Shown here one piece after another: positions 50,168 through 64,000 of a DNA stretch of 64,000 nt. The notes under the pieces are model-generated. The model did not search any database. It was not told the origin of the DNA and saw nothing but the letters and a program-made list of their open reading frames with translations. Each line of letters starts with the position of its first letter. Positions within the stretch are counted from its first letter, which is position 1. The translations under genes and the position numbers were made by a program. The DNA comes from the human T2T-CHM13v2.0 reference genome, Homo sapiens: the NCBI RefSeq assembly GCF_009914755.1, contig NC_060929.1. The stretch is one strand, 5' to 3'.

Positions 50168-51299
50168 TAAAAATTTTTTACTCTCAAGGAGCATTCAGTC
50201 TATTTCATTCTTTGAAAAGCATGTAAGTTTTGGGAGCCTAGCATGGAAGGGAGTGATGGTTCCAGTGCGTTGGTAGTGGAGACTGCCTTTTGGTCATCTT
50301 GGGCTTCTCATGCCATTGAATTAGTAGGGAAATAAGGAGGTGATTGTGGTGTTTGAGTTCATTGATCTTGATTGTCTGAGGGAAATTGGACTGTTTGTTC
50401 CTACACAGTGGTGGCAAGGAGAGTGATGTTTGGAAACCAGGGGGTTTACTGGTGACTGTGCTCCCTTAACCAGTTGTCTTGAAGGAAAAACTTCAACCCG
50501 TAAATAGAAGACCTCCAAAGACTCACTGTAAGAATGAAGGTTTTGTACTTTTCATCTGGTAAAGAACCCTGGCCCAGCAAAGGTGCTGGAGGAGGCTAAC
50601 TGGAACTCGGAATGGGCAGAGGGCAAAGGCAGCTAAGATGACCAATACAGACCTCACAGAAGTCAGGATTGTCACAACAGTGTTTTATGTCATTTAAGTG
50701 TTTCTCCTCTCTTTTCTCTGAAATAAGTTAAATGAATAACACCAATGCTGGCTAAAGTTTTAGGCTGTGGAGTATGAGAACAACTTGTATTGAAGTAGTA
50801 GTTGGTGGAACATTGATCCTGCCCCGTATTGGGAACTCAATCTTTCCACCAGGTGAAGGACAAGAGATGATGCTGAAGGCAAAAGGCTCGGATGGTGCCA
50901 TATATGTATATATTTTATCTGTTCCCCTAGATATTCCATCTATTCCCCTAGATCCAGTCTTACCCTGCGCTCTGTCCTGGGAGGCTGGGATGTTTGGTTG
51001 GGTTTGGTTCATGGTGAAAGGAGAGTTTGGTGGGGTAGGGTCACCTTAGGTTGGCTGTGTTTCTTAAAAACTCCTCTCAAGGTGACTTCCTCTATGTGAG
51101 TTTCTTATGGGTTCCAGCAGCTACTCGGTCCCTACAACTTTCAACTGTGGGATGTTTAGTTCCTCTGTTACTACTGGTTACCCTTTTGTTTTCCTAAGCC
51201 TTCACTCACACCTTTGTAAATAATATATTTTAATAAATTTTACTCCTTGAATTGGCATAATTCGAGTGTGTCTTTTCAGGTTGGGAGCTTGACTAATAA

Positions 51300-52790
51300 T
51301 GGACAAATAAGATTAGCAGAGACAACTATTACGGATTAGGATTAAAAACCTCTGTTACCTAGTTCTGTAGATTAAAGTCAAAGATGAATGTCTTCAAACT
51401 TTGTGCAAAAGAACTTCACTTGGTTATTTTTAATGTGTTTGGTCTTTCTTGCCCTATGAGGCCTCTAAAAACAGTCATGGCAGTGACCAGAAACAACTGT
51501 TAAAATCATCAACTAGCAAAAAAATCCAAGAAAGAAGGGATCTTCACAGTTTGACCCCCCGATTTAATAGGCAAACTTGTATCTATTCCAAGGCTACATG
51601 ATCTCTTTGTGTTGTCTCACTACCAAAGATGATCAAGATTATCAGTAGGAACATGAGGTTATTGGCAATAACTAGGGCTACTGCCTATCTCCACGCAGGG
51701 ATGATTTCCAGTGGCTGCTGTTCCACTGCATTCTCCTTGACAGAGTGGGTATTCATTCCTAGCACGTTCAACCCCAAGCAAAACAAGGTCAGAGTTGGAT
51801 GGGGAGATTTACAAGTTTTTGAGGACTTGGGCTGACAAACTTGAAGAATGGCCAGAGCAAACTCTCGAGGCAGGTACACAAGTTGGAAATCAGACTTCTA
51901 GTCACAAGTGGCAGGCCTGGAAACCTTGACAAGTCATCTCAAGGGATGATGTCGACCTTGGCCGTAGACAGGTCTGCATTCTTGATGTCAACCTTGGCCA
52001 TAGGTCTGCATTCTTGTGGTCTGCCCTTGGCCATAGACGGGTCTGCATTCTTCTTGCTGTCTGCCCCAGTGGTGCAAAAGTCTTAGAGGGGGAAGAACGT
52101 ATTGAAAGCTAAAGGCTTTGACAATTTATGTGTTGGTGATAAGCTGGTCTTTGTTAGCACTGTCCTAGTGAGGCTGAAGGAATAAGTTTCTCTGCTGAAC
52201 TTTCACATAGGTTGTAGCTGTGGCAGGGCTCATCAGGGTTGGATTCTCAGATCTCTTAATGGAAAGCTTTGATATATTTCATGTGTGTTTTTAAATAGCA
52301 TTCAATGTATGTTTAAATATAGGAGTGTCCTGTGAGTGGCTCCCGGGGAGCAGCCGGAAGTGTTGTACTCGGCTGTCTATTGTGTGTGGGAGAGTCTTTC
52401 TGTTGACTGTGGATCTCATATTTATGAGGACTGCATGCAAGGATTGCCTCTCGAGGTCTCGTTTATAGATTGATATCAGCCAGGTATTGTTCAGAATTCT
52501 GTTCTGCCATTCCACTGCCCTCCTGATTCTGGGAGATGTGGGCATTGAAAAGACTTTGTAGATTTCCTTTATAATTTGGCCCGGATGTGGTTGGCTCCTG
52601 TCACTATTATTGAACAAAGGCTCTCAAATAGTCTTCTTGATATAACAATAGTTGTAACAGCTTTGGTGTTTAGAGATTACTTCTATTCAGCTGGGAAGCC
52701 TCCCAACAATAGGCAAAACATGAAAATGTCTTCATTTGTGTAAGTCAACTTCAATTATTTATAGATGTCCCCTACAAAGGAGAGTGAGTT
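51300..52790 (-). mobile_element. Degraded ERV internal remnant (integrase region) with probable adjoining LTR
   Basis: Minus ORF 52291-52617 contains SDR..H.GQIIKE...AVEWQNRIL.NT...LINMRST.NRKT, matching the retroviral integrase core (SDRG.HF...VER.N..LK...LxxRxTP). A purine-rich tract precedes a TG near 51550. Confidence 0.65.
51948..52052. repeat. Degenerate tandem repeat, 32-37 bp x 3
   Basis: ...CCTTGGCC(G/A)TAG...GGTCTGCATTCTT occurs three times. Confidence 0.9.
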
Positions 52791-52939
52791 GCCTTCTCTG
52801 TGGACTTGATAGATAGGAAAGGTCTGACAATTCTGCCCGTCTACACTGGAAAAGCGCCTTATCACTTATACACTGCCAAGCGCCTTATGACCAGCGTGCC
52901 ATTGCAAAGATCACGCAACCAGCCAGGAAGAAGATCCTT

Positions 52940-52958
52940 GGGCGCCACCTAGTGTCCA
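52940..52958 (-). promoter_or_regulatory. Candidate CTCF site
   Basis: Minus strand TGGACACTAGGTGGCGCCC matches the core CCAC(C/T)AG(G/A)(G/T)GGC(G/A)C with one mismatch; CpG-retaining neighbourhood. Confidence 0.6.
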
Positions 52959-53358
52959 TCTCGGGAATATCAAAGGCGACTGCATTGCTTCTCAAATTGT
53001 GGTTATTTCCAATGGGTTGTGGATCACTACTTTTGTTAAATACAAATAAATGATTAGAAAAGCGTATAAAAATACAAAATACAAGTCTGAATGTTTTATT
53101 ATTAGATTTAGCAATAATATTTTAATAAATCAAAAAACGTGAAGAAAAAGTAAAAACTGCACAATGTTCATTATCAGTATAAACAAAACTAAACAAAGAG
53201 TGAAATGGTGGAAATAGCCATTGAAATACCCACATTAAATACCTAGACTAGTTTTGAACAACATGATATATATCAATATTTAGTTTTTAATGTGATAAAT
53301 GAACTTGTTTCTTGTTAAAACTTAACTAGATTGAGTTGATGACAGTCACAGGGGATAG

Positions 53359-56200
<2,842 letters not shown>

Positions 56201-56975
56201 TGATTCTGTGTTCTTGGCTACAGGAGCAGTAGCTTTCTGATTCTGCATTGCCTGTTGATGAGAGGTAGCAGCCTCCTTGGTGGTTCAGTTGAACAGTGTG
56301 GTTTGGCAGTCATTCTTGGAAGCTCAGTCTTTCTTTTAGCCCTTGTAATGATTCTGTGAACTCTATGTACCCACTAACAAATCTCTTTCTATTTTAACCA
56401 ACTGGATTGGATTCTCTTGTCTGTAACTAAGAACTTGGACAAGAGCGGGTAAGTCACAGCAATATCTCATGGTCAGATGAAGGTGGAAGCAACCTTGGTG
56501 TGTGCCCTGGTTCACTGTGGGGTCACTAACGGGACCTCAGACAAAGGAATTTTGAGAGATAGGATGTAGCAAATTCATGGGTGGAGACCACTGGACTCCA
56601 CTGAGGAACTGCTGTCACTACCCCCAAAAATGTCTTTCTGAGGAATGATCGCTGCACAATGAGGCCTTTTTTACAGTGAGTGACTTGTAGATAGCATGAT
56701 ACCATATTGTATGATTTTCAACATGTAAAGAGTTTGTTACAGAATGCACCAAGAATTAAAAAAAATATGGAATGTCAATAAGAAGGCAATTGAAAACTTG
56801 GGTAAAATTATCAGGAGTTGGGAGAGATGTAATGTGCTGTCCACTAGACACAGACATGCCCTGCTCACATCTACCCCCTACAAGAGGAGTCAGGATTCTG
56901 ACTTCTCACAGCATAATATCTAAATAGAATTTTTAGGATGTATCCTTTTGCACTGGACTTCTTTCATTCAGCATT

Positions 56976-57084
56976 TTGTGTGTGAGGTCCATCCGTGCTG
57001 TTGTGTGTGAGGTCCGTCCGTGCTGTTGTGTGTGAGGTCCGTCCATGCTGTTGTGTGTGAGGTCTGTCCATGCTGTTGTGTGTG
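56976..57084. repeat. Minisatellite, 25-bp unit x ~4.3
   Basis: TTGTGTGTGAGGTC(C/T)(A/G)TCC(G/A)TGCTG units at 56976, 57001, 57026 and 57051. Confidence 0.95.
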
Positions 57085-57604
57085 GTTATAGCTTGCTCAC
57101 ATTTATTGCTTTAGTATTCCATTGTGGCATTTCTCTGTATATTATGTTTAATGTGGACAATTCTGTCCAAGCCTAGTTCCTCTTATATAGGGTGGGTAAA
57201 TTCTCCTGGACATTTCCCCCATCTCATTTAGGACCCATTAGTCTTAACTCTCTGAATGATGGTCAGACAGGTGGTTATTGCTTTACCTTCATTTTCCATA
57301 CACCCGCAGTCCATGTTCTTTGTGGAGAGGAGGGTGTAGTAGGCAGGATCGGCTCTTTGGGGATCAAGTGCAGCCGTTGGTGGGGGTCCTGAGCTTTTAT
57401 TATTTTCTTTGGAGCCATTGACATGTCCTGCTGGGACTTACTCCACCCAAACATTGCTGGGTGCCAGCCACCCTGATGGGCTTCACCTGTTCCCTCAACT
57501 CAACCCAGTTCTCTGGAGGAGACCGGGCAACACTTCTGCCTTCTGCCTCTGGCAAGGCTATGATGGGGGGATCACGGAGGGTTTTCCTTAGAATTTTTCC
57601 TTCT

Positions 57605-57735
57605 GGCCAGGCACAGGACTCATGCCTGTAATCCCAGCACTTTGGGAGGCCAAGGTGGGAAGGATCGCTTGAGCCTAGGAGTTTGAGACCAGCCTGGGCA
57701 ACATGGTGAAACCCCATCTCTACAAACAAAAATTT
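57605..57735 (+). mobile_element. FLAM-like Alu monomer
   Basis: Left-arm sequence with ATTTTCCTTCT-like duplication on both sides. Confidence 0.8.
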
Positions 57736-59614
57736 TCCTTCTGAATTTTCTGCTTTTTTTTTCCCCCCGGCTGCCATTTTGTTTTAGTTGCCACTGTTGA
57801 ATATCAGGTATTAAAACATTTAAAATTTTGCATTTCTTCAGGTATTAGAGAACAGAGATTCTGTGATCTTGTTTTCCTTTGCTATCGTTGCCTTTTAATA
57901 GCTTTTGCTTTTAGCTGCAGTAGGATGCAAGTGAAAGCAGTTTATAACATGAAATAAACAAAATTGTGGAAACTCATTCTAGTCAAAGATCCTAAGATGG
58001 TCATTATTTTGCCAGAGGATGGTAGCAAAGTTACAATCAGACCTTGAGTAAAAATTTTCAGTCTCAACACCCAATATAAACAGACCAAACCAAATGAAAA
58101 CAAAAAACAAGAACAAACTAGGAAAACAATGAAATGACACCTGTTTATTGAATGATTTTTATCTTTTAATTTCTATTTTTAGAACTCAGTATTATTTACA
58201 GAAAAAAGCTATAAAATAAGAATGACCTCTGAAGTTTGATAAAAGTGAATGACTATTAAAACATTCTCTAGGAGTCAAAGGCTCTTTATCAACCTAAATT
58301 TCTACCATGTCAGTAGTACTCCCTGTTGGAATTGGAAATGAAATTAATGGCAAACTAACAAATTCACAACATTCTATACATTTTCACAGTGGTATGTCAT
58401 TTGTCAAATTATGTTACTCAACACATTCTCCAATAGGAGAATACTAGGAAAGATACTAAGATCCAATAATTAAAATACTCTCTTGAGACTATCATGATTA
58501 AATTATAAGATACTGGAGTAAAGCGATGACAAGAAGAACCTAAACAAATACTTTATTTTCTTGCTTCCATTTTCACCCCTGTTCGTATTGTTCCTGCATT
58601 CCTTCACCTCCTTTTCCAGTGTTGTTGTTGTCCACCCAGTGCTGTTCATTCATTCAACTTCAGTTCATTCACTCATTACTTACCCTTTATTGAGCCTACT
58701 ATGTGTCAGTCACTGTTCTGGATGCCGGAGAAATAGCAGTGACCAAGACAAATAAGGAGCCTGCTTTAACCTAGCTTGCATTCCAGTGCAGTGCTATCCA
58801 ACAGGACGTTCTGACAGTGATGATTGTACTGTGCTGTCCAATCTGTATCCACTGCCACATGTGGCTGCTGAACACTTGGAGTGTGGCCAGTGGCCTTTCT
58901 ACTGGACAGATAAGTTTTGGTGGATGACAAAGACAACAAGCTACTAAACAAATACATGGAAGAATTTTGGAAAATGATAAGTGGTTCAGAGACTTTAGGA
59001 GTGGAATTGTTGGGTCATTGTTGGTCATGCTAACTCCATGCTTAATATTTTGTGGAACTGCCAAACTGTTTTCTAAGTTGCTGTACCATTTTACATCCAT
59101 GTCAGCAGTGTATGTGAGTTCCAATTTTTCTACATCCTCACTTTGAGATTTTCAGAGGATACATCTATTGCCTAAGACCTCATATAACATAGCTTTTAGA
59201 CATTTTTATGAAACTGAGTCTAAGTTTTGCTATCAATTGACAAGTTCCTGGTGTTTGAATTCCTCTTTGCTATGGACATGAATGCAAAGGCCAGTCCCAT
59301 ATGAAGTCATTCGTCTTATTCTTTAAGGTTTTCCTTCAGGGATGACCAATTCATCATAGAGTTTGGTGAGCAGGGTAGGGAGGGGACACGTCTTTGAGCA
59401 AGCTCAAGAGAAGTAAGTCTAGTTGTTTAGAAAGAAAGCAGATCAAAGTTTTAGAACAACATGTCTGGAAGGATTACCTTCTAAGATGTACTTCTCTAGC
59501 TCCAGTATTCTCTAATTTATGTAAGAAACTCACAGGTCAACCAATCAAACCTCACAACTGACCAAGGAATTCCTTATTCTTACCTGCTTTTCAGACTGAC
59601 TTTTTGTTTTAAGA

Positions 59615-59950
59615 CTTATTTTTTTTTTAGAGTTTTAAGTTCACAGCAAAATTGAGAGGAAGATAAAGATTTCTTATATGTCTCCTGCCCCAACACATAC
59701 ACAGCCTCCCCCATTATCACATCCCCTACCAGAGTGGAGCGTTTGTTATAATCGACGAACCTACCCATTGACACACCAACATCACCCAGAGTCCATGGTT
59801 TTCATGAGGGTTTCCTCGTGGTGCCATACATACTGCGGGCTTGGGCAAATGTATAATGACACGTGTCCACCATCATGGTATCACACAGAGTATGTCCACT
59901 GCTCCCAAATCCTCTGCACTCCACCTGTTCCTCCCTCGCTTCCCCCCAGA
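59615..59950 (-). mobile_element. L1MC 3' end fragment
   Basis: Homologous to the split copy at 170-251/2527-2815 (TTCACAGCAAAATTGAGAGGA...CCAGAGTGGA...ATCACCCA.AGTCC). Confidence 0.75.
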
Positions 59951-62900
59951 ATGACTTTCTATTTGAACATTTGAGACAATGGGAGGTCACTATAGCTTCA
60001 GGAGACAATTCTATCTTTGGAAGTCTGTAATTTTCCGAATGACTCTCTATATATTGAGCTGTAGTTTGTTGCTCCATAGAGTCACCTTAGTTTATGCTTT
60101 AGGAGCTAAAAAGGAAAGGTCAACTCTTCTTTTCACATGAGGACCTGTCAGGAAACCCACTAGTGCCCTGGAAAAAATCCACCCAAGGTTCTCCAGGAGG
60201 CCATGAGGAGGAAGTCTCCCTGCAGGCTGCTCCATTGCCGGCGCATTTCTCCCTACGTCCTCCTATTAGTGACAGTTGTCATGGTCTCCTTTGCCTTATG
60301 GGGAGTCATATTCCCCTGCCCCCCCACCCCAGCTTCAATGCTCCTTCTTATGTCCCTTAATTCCCCACAGCACAGCCAAGACCAGAATAATTCCCTGCCA
60401 CTGTTTGTAAGGTTTTGGTAATCACAGTGATTTGCAGCCAAGTCTTGTGCTTGCTTTTTGGAGGTCTCAGGCGCATTCGAGCCACACAGGCGTCCAAGGA
60501 AAGAAGAGGGCATGCGCAATGATTTTATTCCAAACCCACTTCTCTTTCAACATCTGCCTTGCTCCCATCCCTCTCGCAGCTTCTGATTGAGGCCAGCACA
60601 GTGTGATCACTTGATCCAAAGGGAGAGGCAGGTGCTGCAGACTCAGGCCACTGTTTCCTCTTGGGCTCAGGGCGGGTAACAGACCTGGGGGTACTGAGGA
60701 GGTGGGAGCCTCCTCCCTGTAGCAGACAGCACAGACTGAGGGAGCGAGTCCTCACCAGCCTACCTGCTCCCCCTCTTCTCAGTCCCATTGTAGTTACTTT
60801 TTCATATACGTTTTTTCTTGATTTGGCATGGACAAGGTGAAATCCAGTTAGAAAACCTGAGCGTAGTTGCTGTTTCCAAAAGGAAAATAAATAATAAACT
60901 GAAAAGATGAAGAAGAGAATTGGGTAAAGGAAATATTTATGAATTTTCTTTTTACACGTGTCTGTTTGCAGGTGAAAGCTACATGCTGGGAAGGAGAAGC
61001 ATGTTACAGCCATGGCATCTCTCAGCAAGGGTTCGCACTCAGCCTGGCCTTTGGCAGGAGCAGACTTGAAAGATTTTTTCTAGGCTTAAAATCCCATAAT
61101 TCTGTTTCCACAGAACACAATTCCACAAACTCCTCTGGCAACAGAACTTCAATTTCCAAAGTTTCGCAAGTCCTACAGTCAGGAAATTTCATGGAAATCC
61201 TAGCAAAATCAGCTGTAATCCATGGTACACTTCCAAGCATGTCCACAGGGCAAGCTCCCCTTAGGGTGCGGGGATGTGCACCGTGAGGAGAGCCAAGTAT
61301 TAAAGAACATTTCTCTGCATCGATGAACTTAATCAATCTGAATTCTGGAATGTTTTAAGGGAAAGATGAAAACCTCTAAAAATGAAATTCGGGAAGCTGC
61401 ATGTGCTTTGCTTCACGGTTGCAGGGACTCCCTGAAGTCAGGAACGGGGAGACAGCTCTCAGGGAATTAGGGTGCAGTAGCAGTGCCCACTGGCTAGTAC
61501 AGATGCCAAGTCTCCACACCAGGGCATTGCGGAGACCCCACCTGCCTTTCCAGACACTAGCGTGTTTCAGAATGCCTCAGAATTCATCCAGACGCCTTCG
61601 TGGTGTACTCCTGGTGTTTGCTTTCAGAAATGACTCCATTTTTCACAAGAAGATAGATAGCTTCGTTTACTTGTATAGTGTTGTCTTATAACGTCCTGAC
61701 CGTGACATAAGCATAGGATTTGAGTTTGGGTTTGAGCCTTGGCTCTGCCACTTGTTGGCAGTGGGGCCATTGTCAAGTTGCTTAGCTTCTCTGAGCTTCA
61801 ATTTTCTCATTTGTGGAAAAGGGATATTAGTAACAGTATCATTAAGGGAATAAGTGAAGTGAACGATTTATCATGTCTGAGCATATATAGAAGATGCTAT
61901 GTAAGGGATTATTCTTGCTTTTCTCCTTCTCAGTGGGCCTATGACAATACAGTAAGACAAGTGGGTAATCAAACAAATTCAATATGTGGGATAACCAGCC
62001 ATATTTCCATATTCGCCAGTGCTCAGGAACTCATCCTCCAAGTCTTCACTGGTTGTAATTTGTTTTATAAATCACCCAGAAGGAGTTGAGAGGAGAGGTT
62101 TTGGTTGTATTTTGGGAGCAGAAGGGCACAGTAGGGAAAGAGCTTCTGTTCCAAGCATTTTAATGCAAACACAAGCACCACACAGCTGCTGGAGACCACA
62201 GCCCCTTCTCACACGGCGTTGGGAAGCCTTTGAGCCTGCCTTTGGTCTCTGCTCCTCCCTAAGCACTCCACTGTGCCTTTGGGGCTGTTCCCTTTACTGC
62301 TATTGCTCCCTGAGGGTCCCTGCCTTCCACTGGCATCCTAATTGGGCTCTGATTCTCTCAGGAAAAGCCTCAAGATCAACTCATACCTTCTTCATAGAAA
62401 TTCCTTTTGTCTCTTTCTCTCAGGGATTTGCTCTGTTTGCTAGGCCAGTCCATAGAGTACGTATCCGCAGTTGAGCCCAACAAGTGAGAAAGGGCCCATG
62501 TATTAGACGTCTCCCAGGAACCCTCTGTGCTTTCCACAAGTGTCCTCCATGATCTCAAATGATTGGAAAGCAAGGTGGCAAGCAAGTAGAGAAGGAAGGC
62601 TCTGAAGATCAGTTACTTTGGGTCCTCTTAAATTTCAACATATAAATTACTTCTAGTGATTTTCTGTGCCCTGGGCATTGGGAGTAGAAGAGAGAGGAAA
62701 GGAGTTTGGGGAGTTTTGAGTTGTTTGGCTCGATCAGCTTCTCTGCTCAGTAAGATACAGAGTACTGATGGTATGCAAGGACTCCCTAAAGAGCATCTAC
62801 AATGAAGGTGCCTATTCTGATCCCGAGGAAAATAATAACAGACTAGCATTTGCATGTGGTTAACAAAATCTTTCAATCTTATAATCTCTCATGGTCCAGA

Positions 62901-63106
62901 CCAGAACCGTCCTATAGAACTTTATGTGATCATTTTACATTTAAATTAAAAATTCTGTTTTGTGGTCACAATAGCCACATTTCACGCCCTCAGTGACCAT
63001 GTATGGTTAGTGGCTACCCTACTGGACGCTGCAGGTCCAGACAGCAACTGTGTAAATGTGGGGTGGGCATTCCTGTGCTCACTTGATCTACTAATCAAGC
63101 TCTTGG

Positions 63107-63510
63107 TGAGGCAGGAGAATGGGGTCTGGAAGCGGGGAACATAAGGCGATGCAAGCTGACTTCCTAGAACTAAATCAAATGGAAACACTTCAGCTATGAC
63201 AGGAAATATCCTTTCCATTTACATAGGGCATACACTGAGTAAATGACTTGTAACTTTACTTCATCCTCTTCATTTACATAGGGTGTACACCAAGTAACCA
63301 GTGGAAACCTCTAGAGGGTATTTAAACCCCAGAAAATTCTGTAATGGGGCTCTTGAGCCCCTGTGCTCGGGCAACTCCCACTCTATGGAGTGTACTTTCA
63401 TTCAATAAATCTCTGCTTTTGTTGCTTCATTCTTTCCTTGCTTTGTTTGTGCATCTTGCCCAATTCTTTGTTCAAGACGCCAAGAACCCGGACACCCTCC
63501 ACCGGTAACA
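63107..63510 (+). mobile_element. Solo ERV1 LTR, MER61-like
   Basis: TG...CA termini (TGAGGCAGGAGAAT...GGTAACA), 4-bp TSD TTGG, TATA-like TATTTAAA and AATAAA in order. Confidence 0.82.
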
Positions 63511-64000
63511 TTGGTGCAGATAAGAGGTCTTGGGCTCATCAGCCTCCAGGAAGCAGACAGGGAAAGAAAAGGAATGAGGTGGCCAGGGAGCTGCAGGAGT
63601 GGCAGGGACTGGCTCAAATTGAAGAGGCCATGCCTGGTTTAAGGGGGCAGCTACTGTTCGGCCGTTTGGAAATGCATGCCCAGAGATGCCAGATCTTTCC
63701 TTTTTTTGTTTTCTTTTTTTTTTTTGACATTGATAATGAATTTTTAAAATGTTAACATTATGTAGGCTAATAAAAAAGAACAAAAAACTAAAAACCTAAC
63801 CACATTGGAGCCCTATAGCCACTGAAGTTCAAATTCTGCAGATGGACCAAACCATTGCACCTAAAACAGCATCTGTGGAATCAGCTTCCATGAAGACAAG
63901 GGGATTGTAGGAATATTGGTTGTAGGAGGATAGAACCTGGGTTTGAGTTTCTTCCAGAAATGGGCAGAACAAGTAGACTGTGGTAGGGGTCAAACAAACA

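Noticed and set aside
60525-62474. 150-167 aa ORFs in non-repeat sequence
   Set aside because: No recognisable homology, splice context or promoter; overlapping ORFs on both strands suggest chance.
63107-63510. p53 response element in the MER61-like LTR
   Set aside because: The repeated units read GGGCATACAC/GGGTGTACAC, with no RRRCWWGYYY pair.

Overview
Human (primate) genomic DNA containing the complete SUB1 gene (transcriptional coactivator PC4) on the + strand. It has a CpG-island promoter and non-coding exon 1 (~25.2-25.3 kb), four coding exons (28183-28254, 31232-31354, 38640-38748, 40684-40763) that splice to the 127-aa PC4 protein, and a ~3 kb repeat-free 3' UTR with several poly(A) signals. 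The rest of the window is repeat-rich intergenic/intronic DNA: roughly 40 Alu-family SINEs, L1M/L2/MIR fragments, MaLR/ERVL/ERV1 LTRs, an ERV integrase remnant and DNA transposons (MER85, MER1B, Tigger2, Charlie1, MER20, MER5A). No other protein-coding gene is supported; most ORF-track entries are repeat artefacts. The most interesting items are a CpG-retaining, self-complementary candidate poison exon in SUB1 intron 2, an adjacent diverged ~145-bp duplicated element, an antisense TACC3-like retrocopy in intron 3, and a MER85 with an intact PGBD3-binding palindrome in intron 1. Repeat family names come from recalled consensus similarity, not a database search, and their boundaries are approximate.
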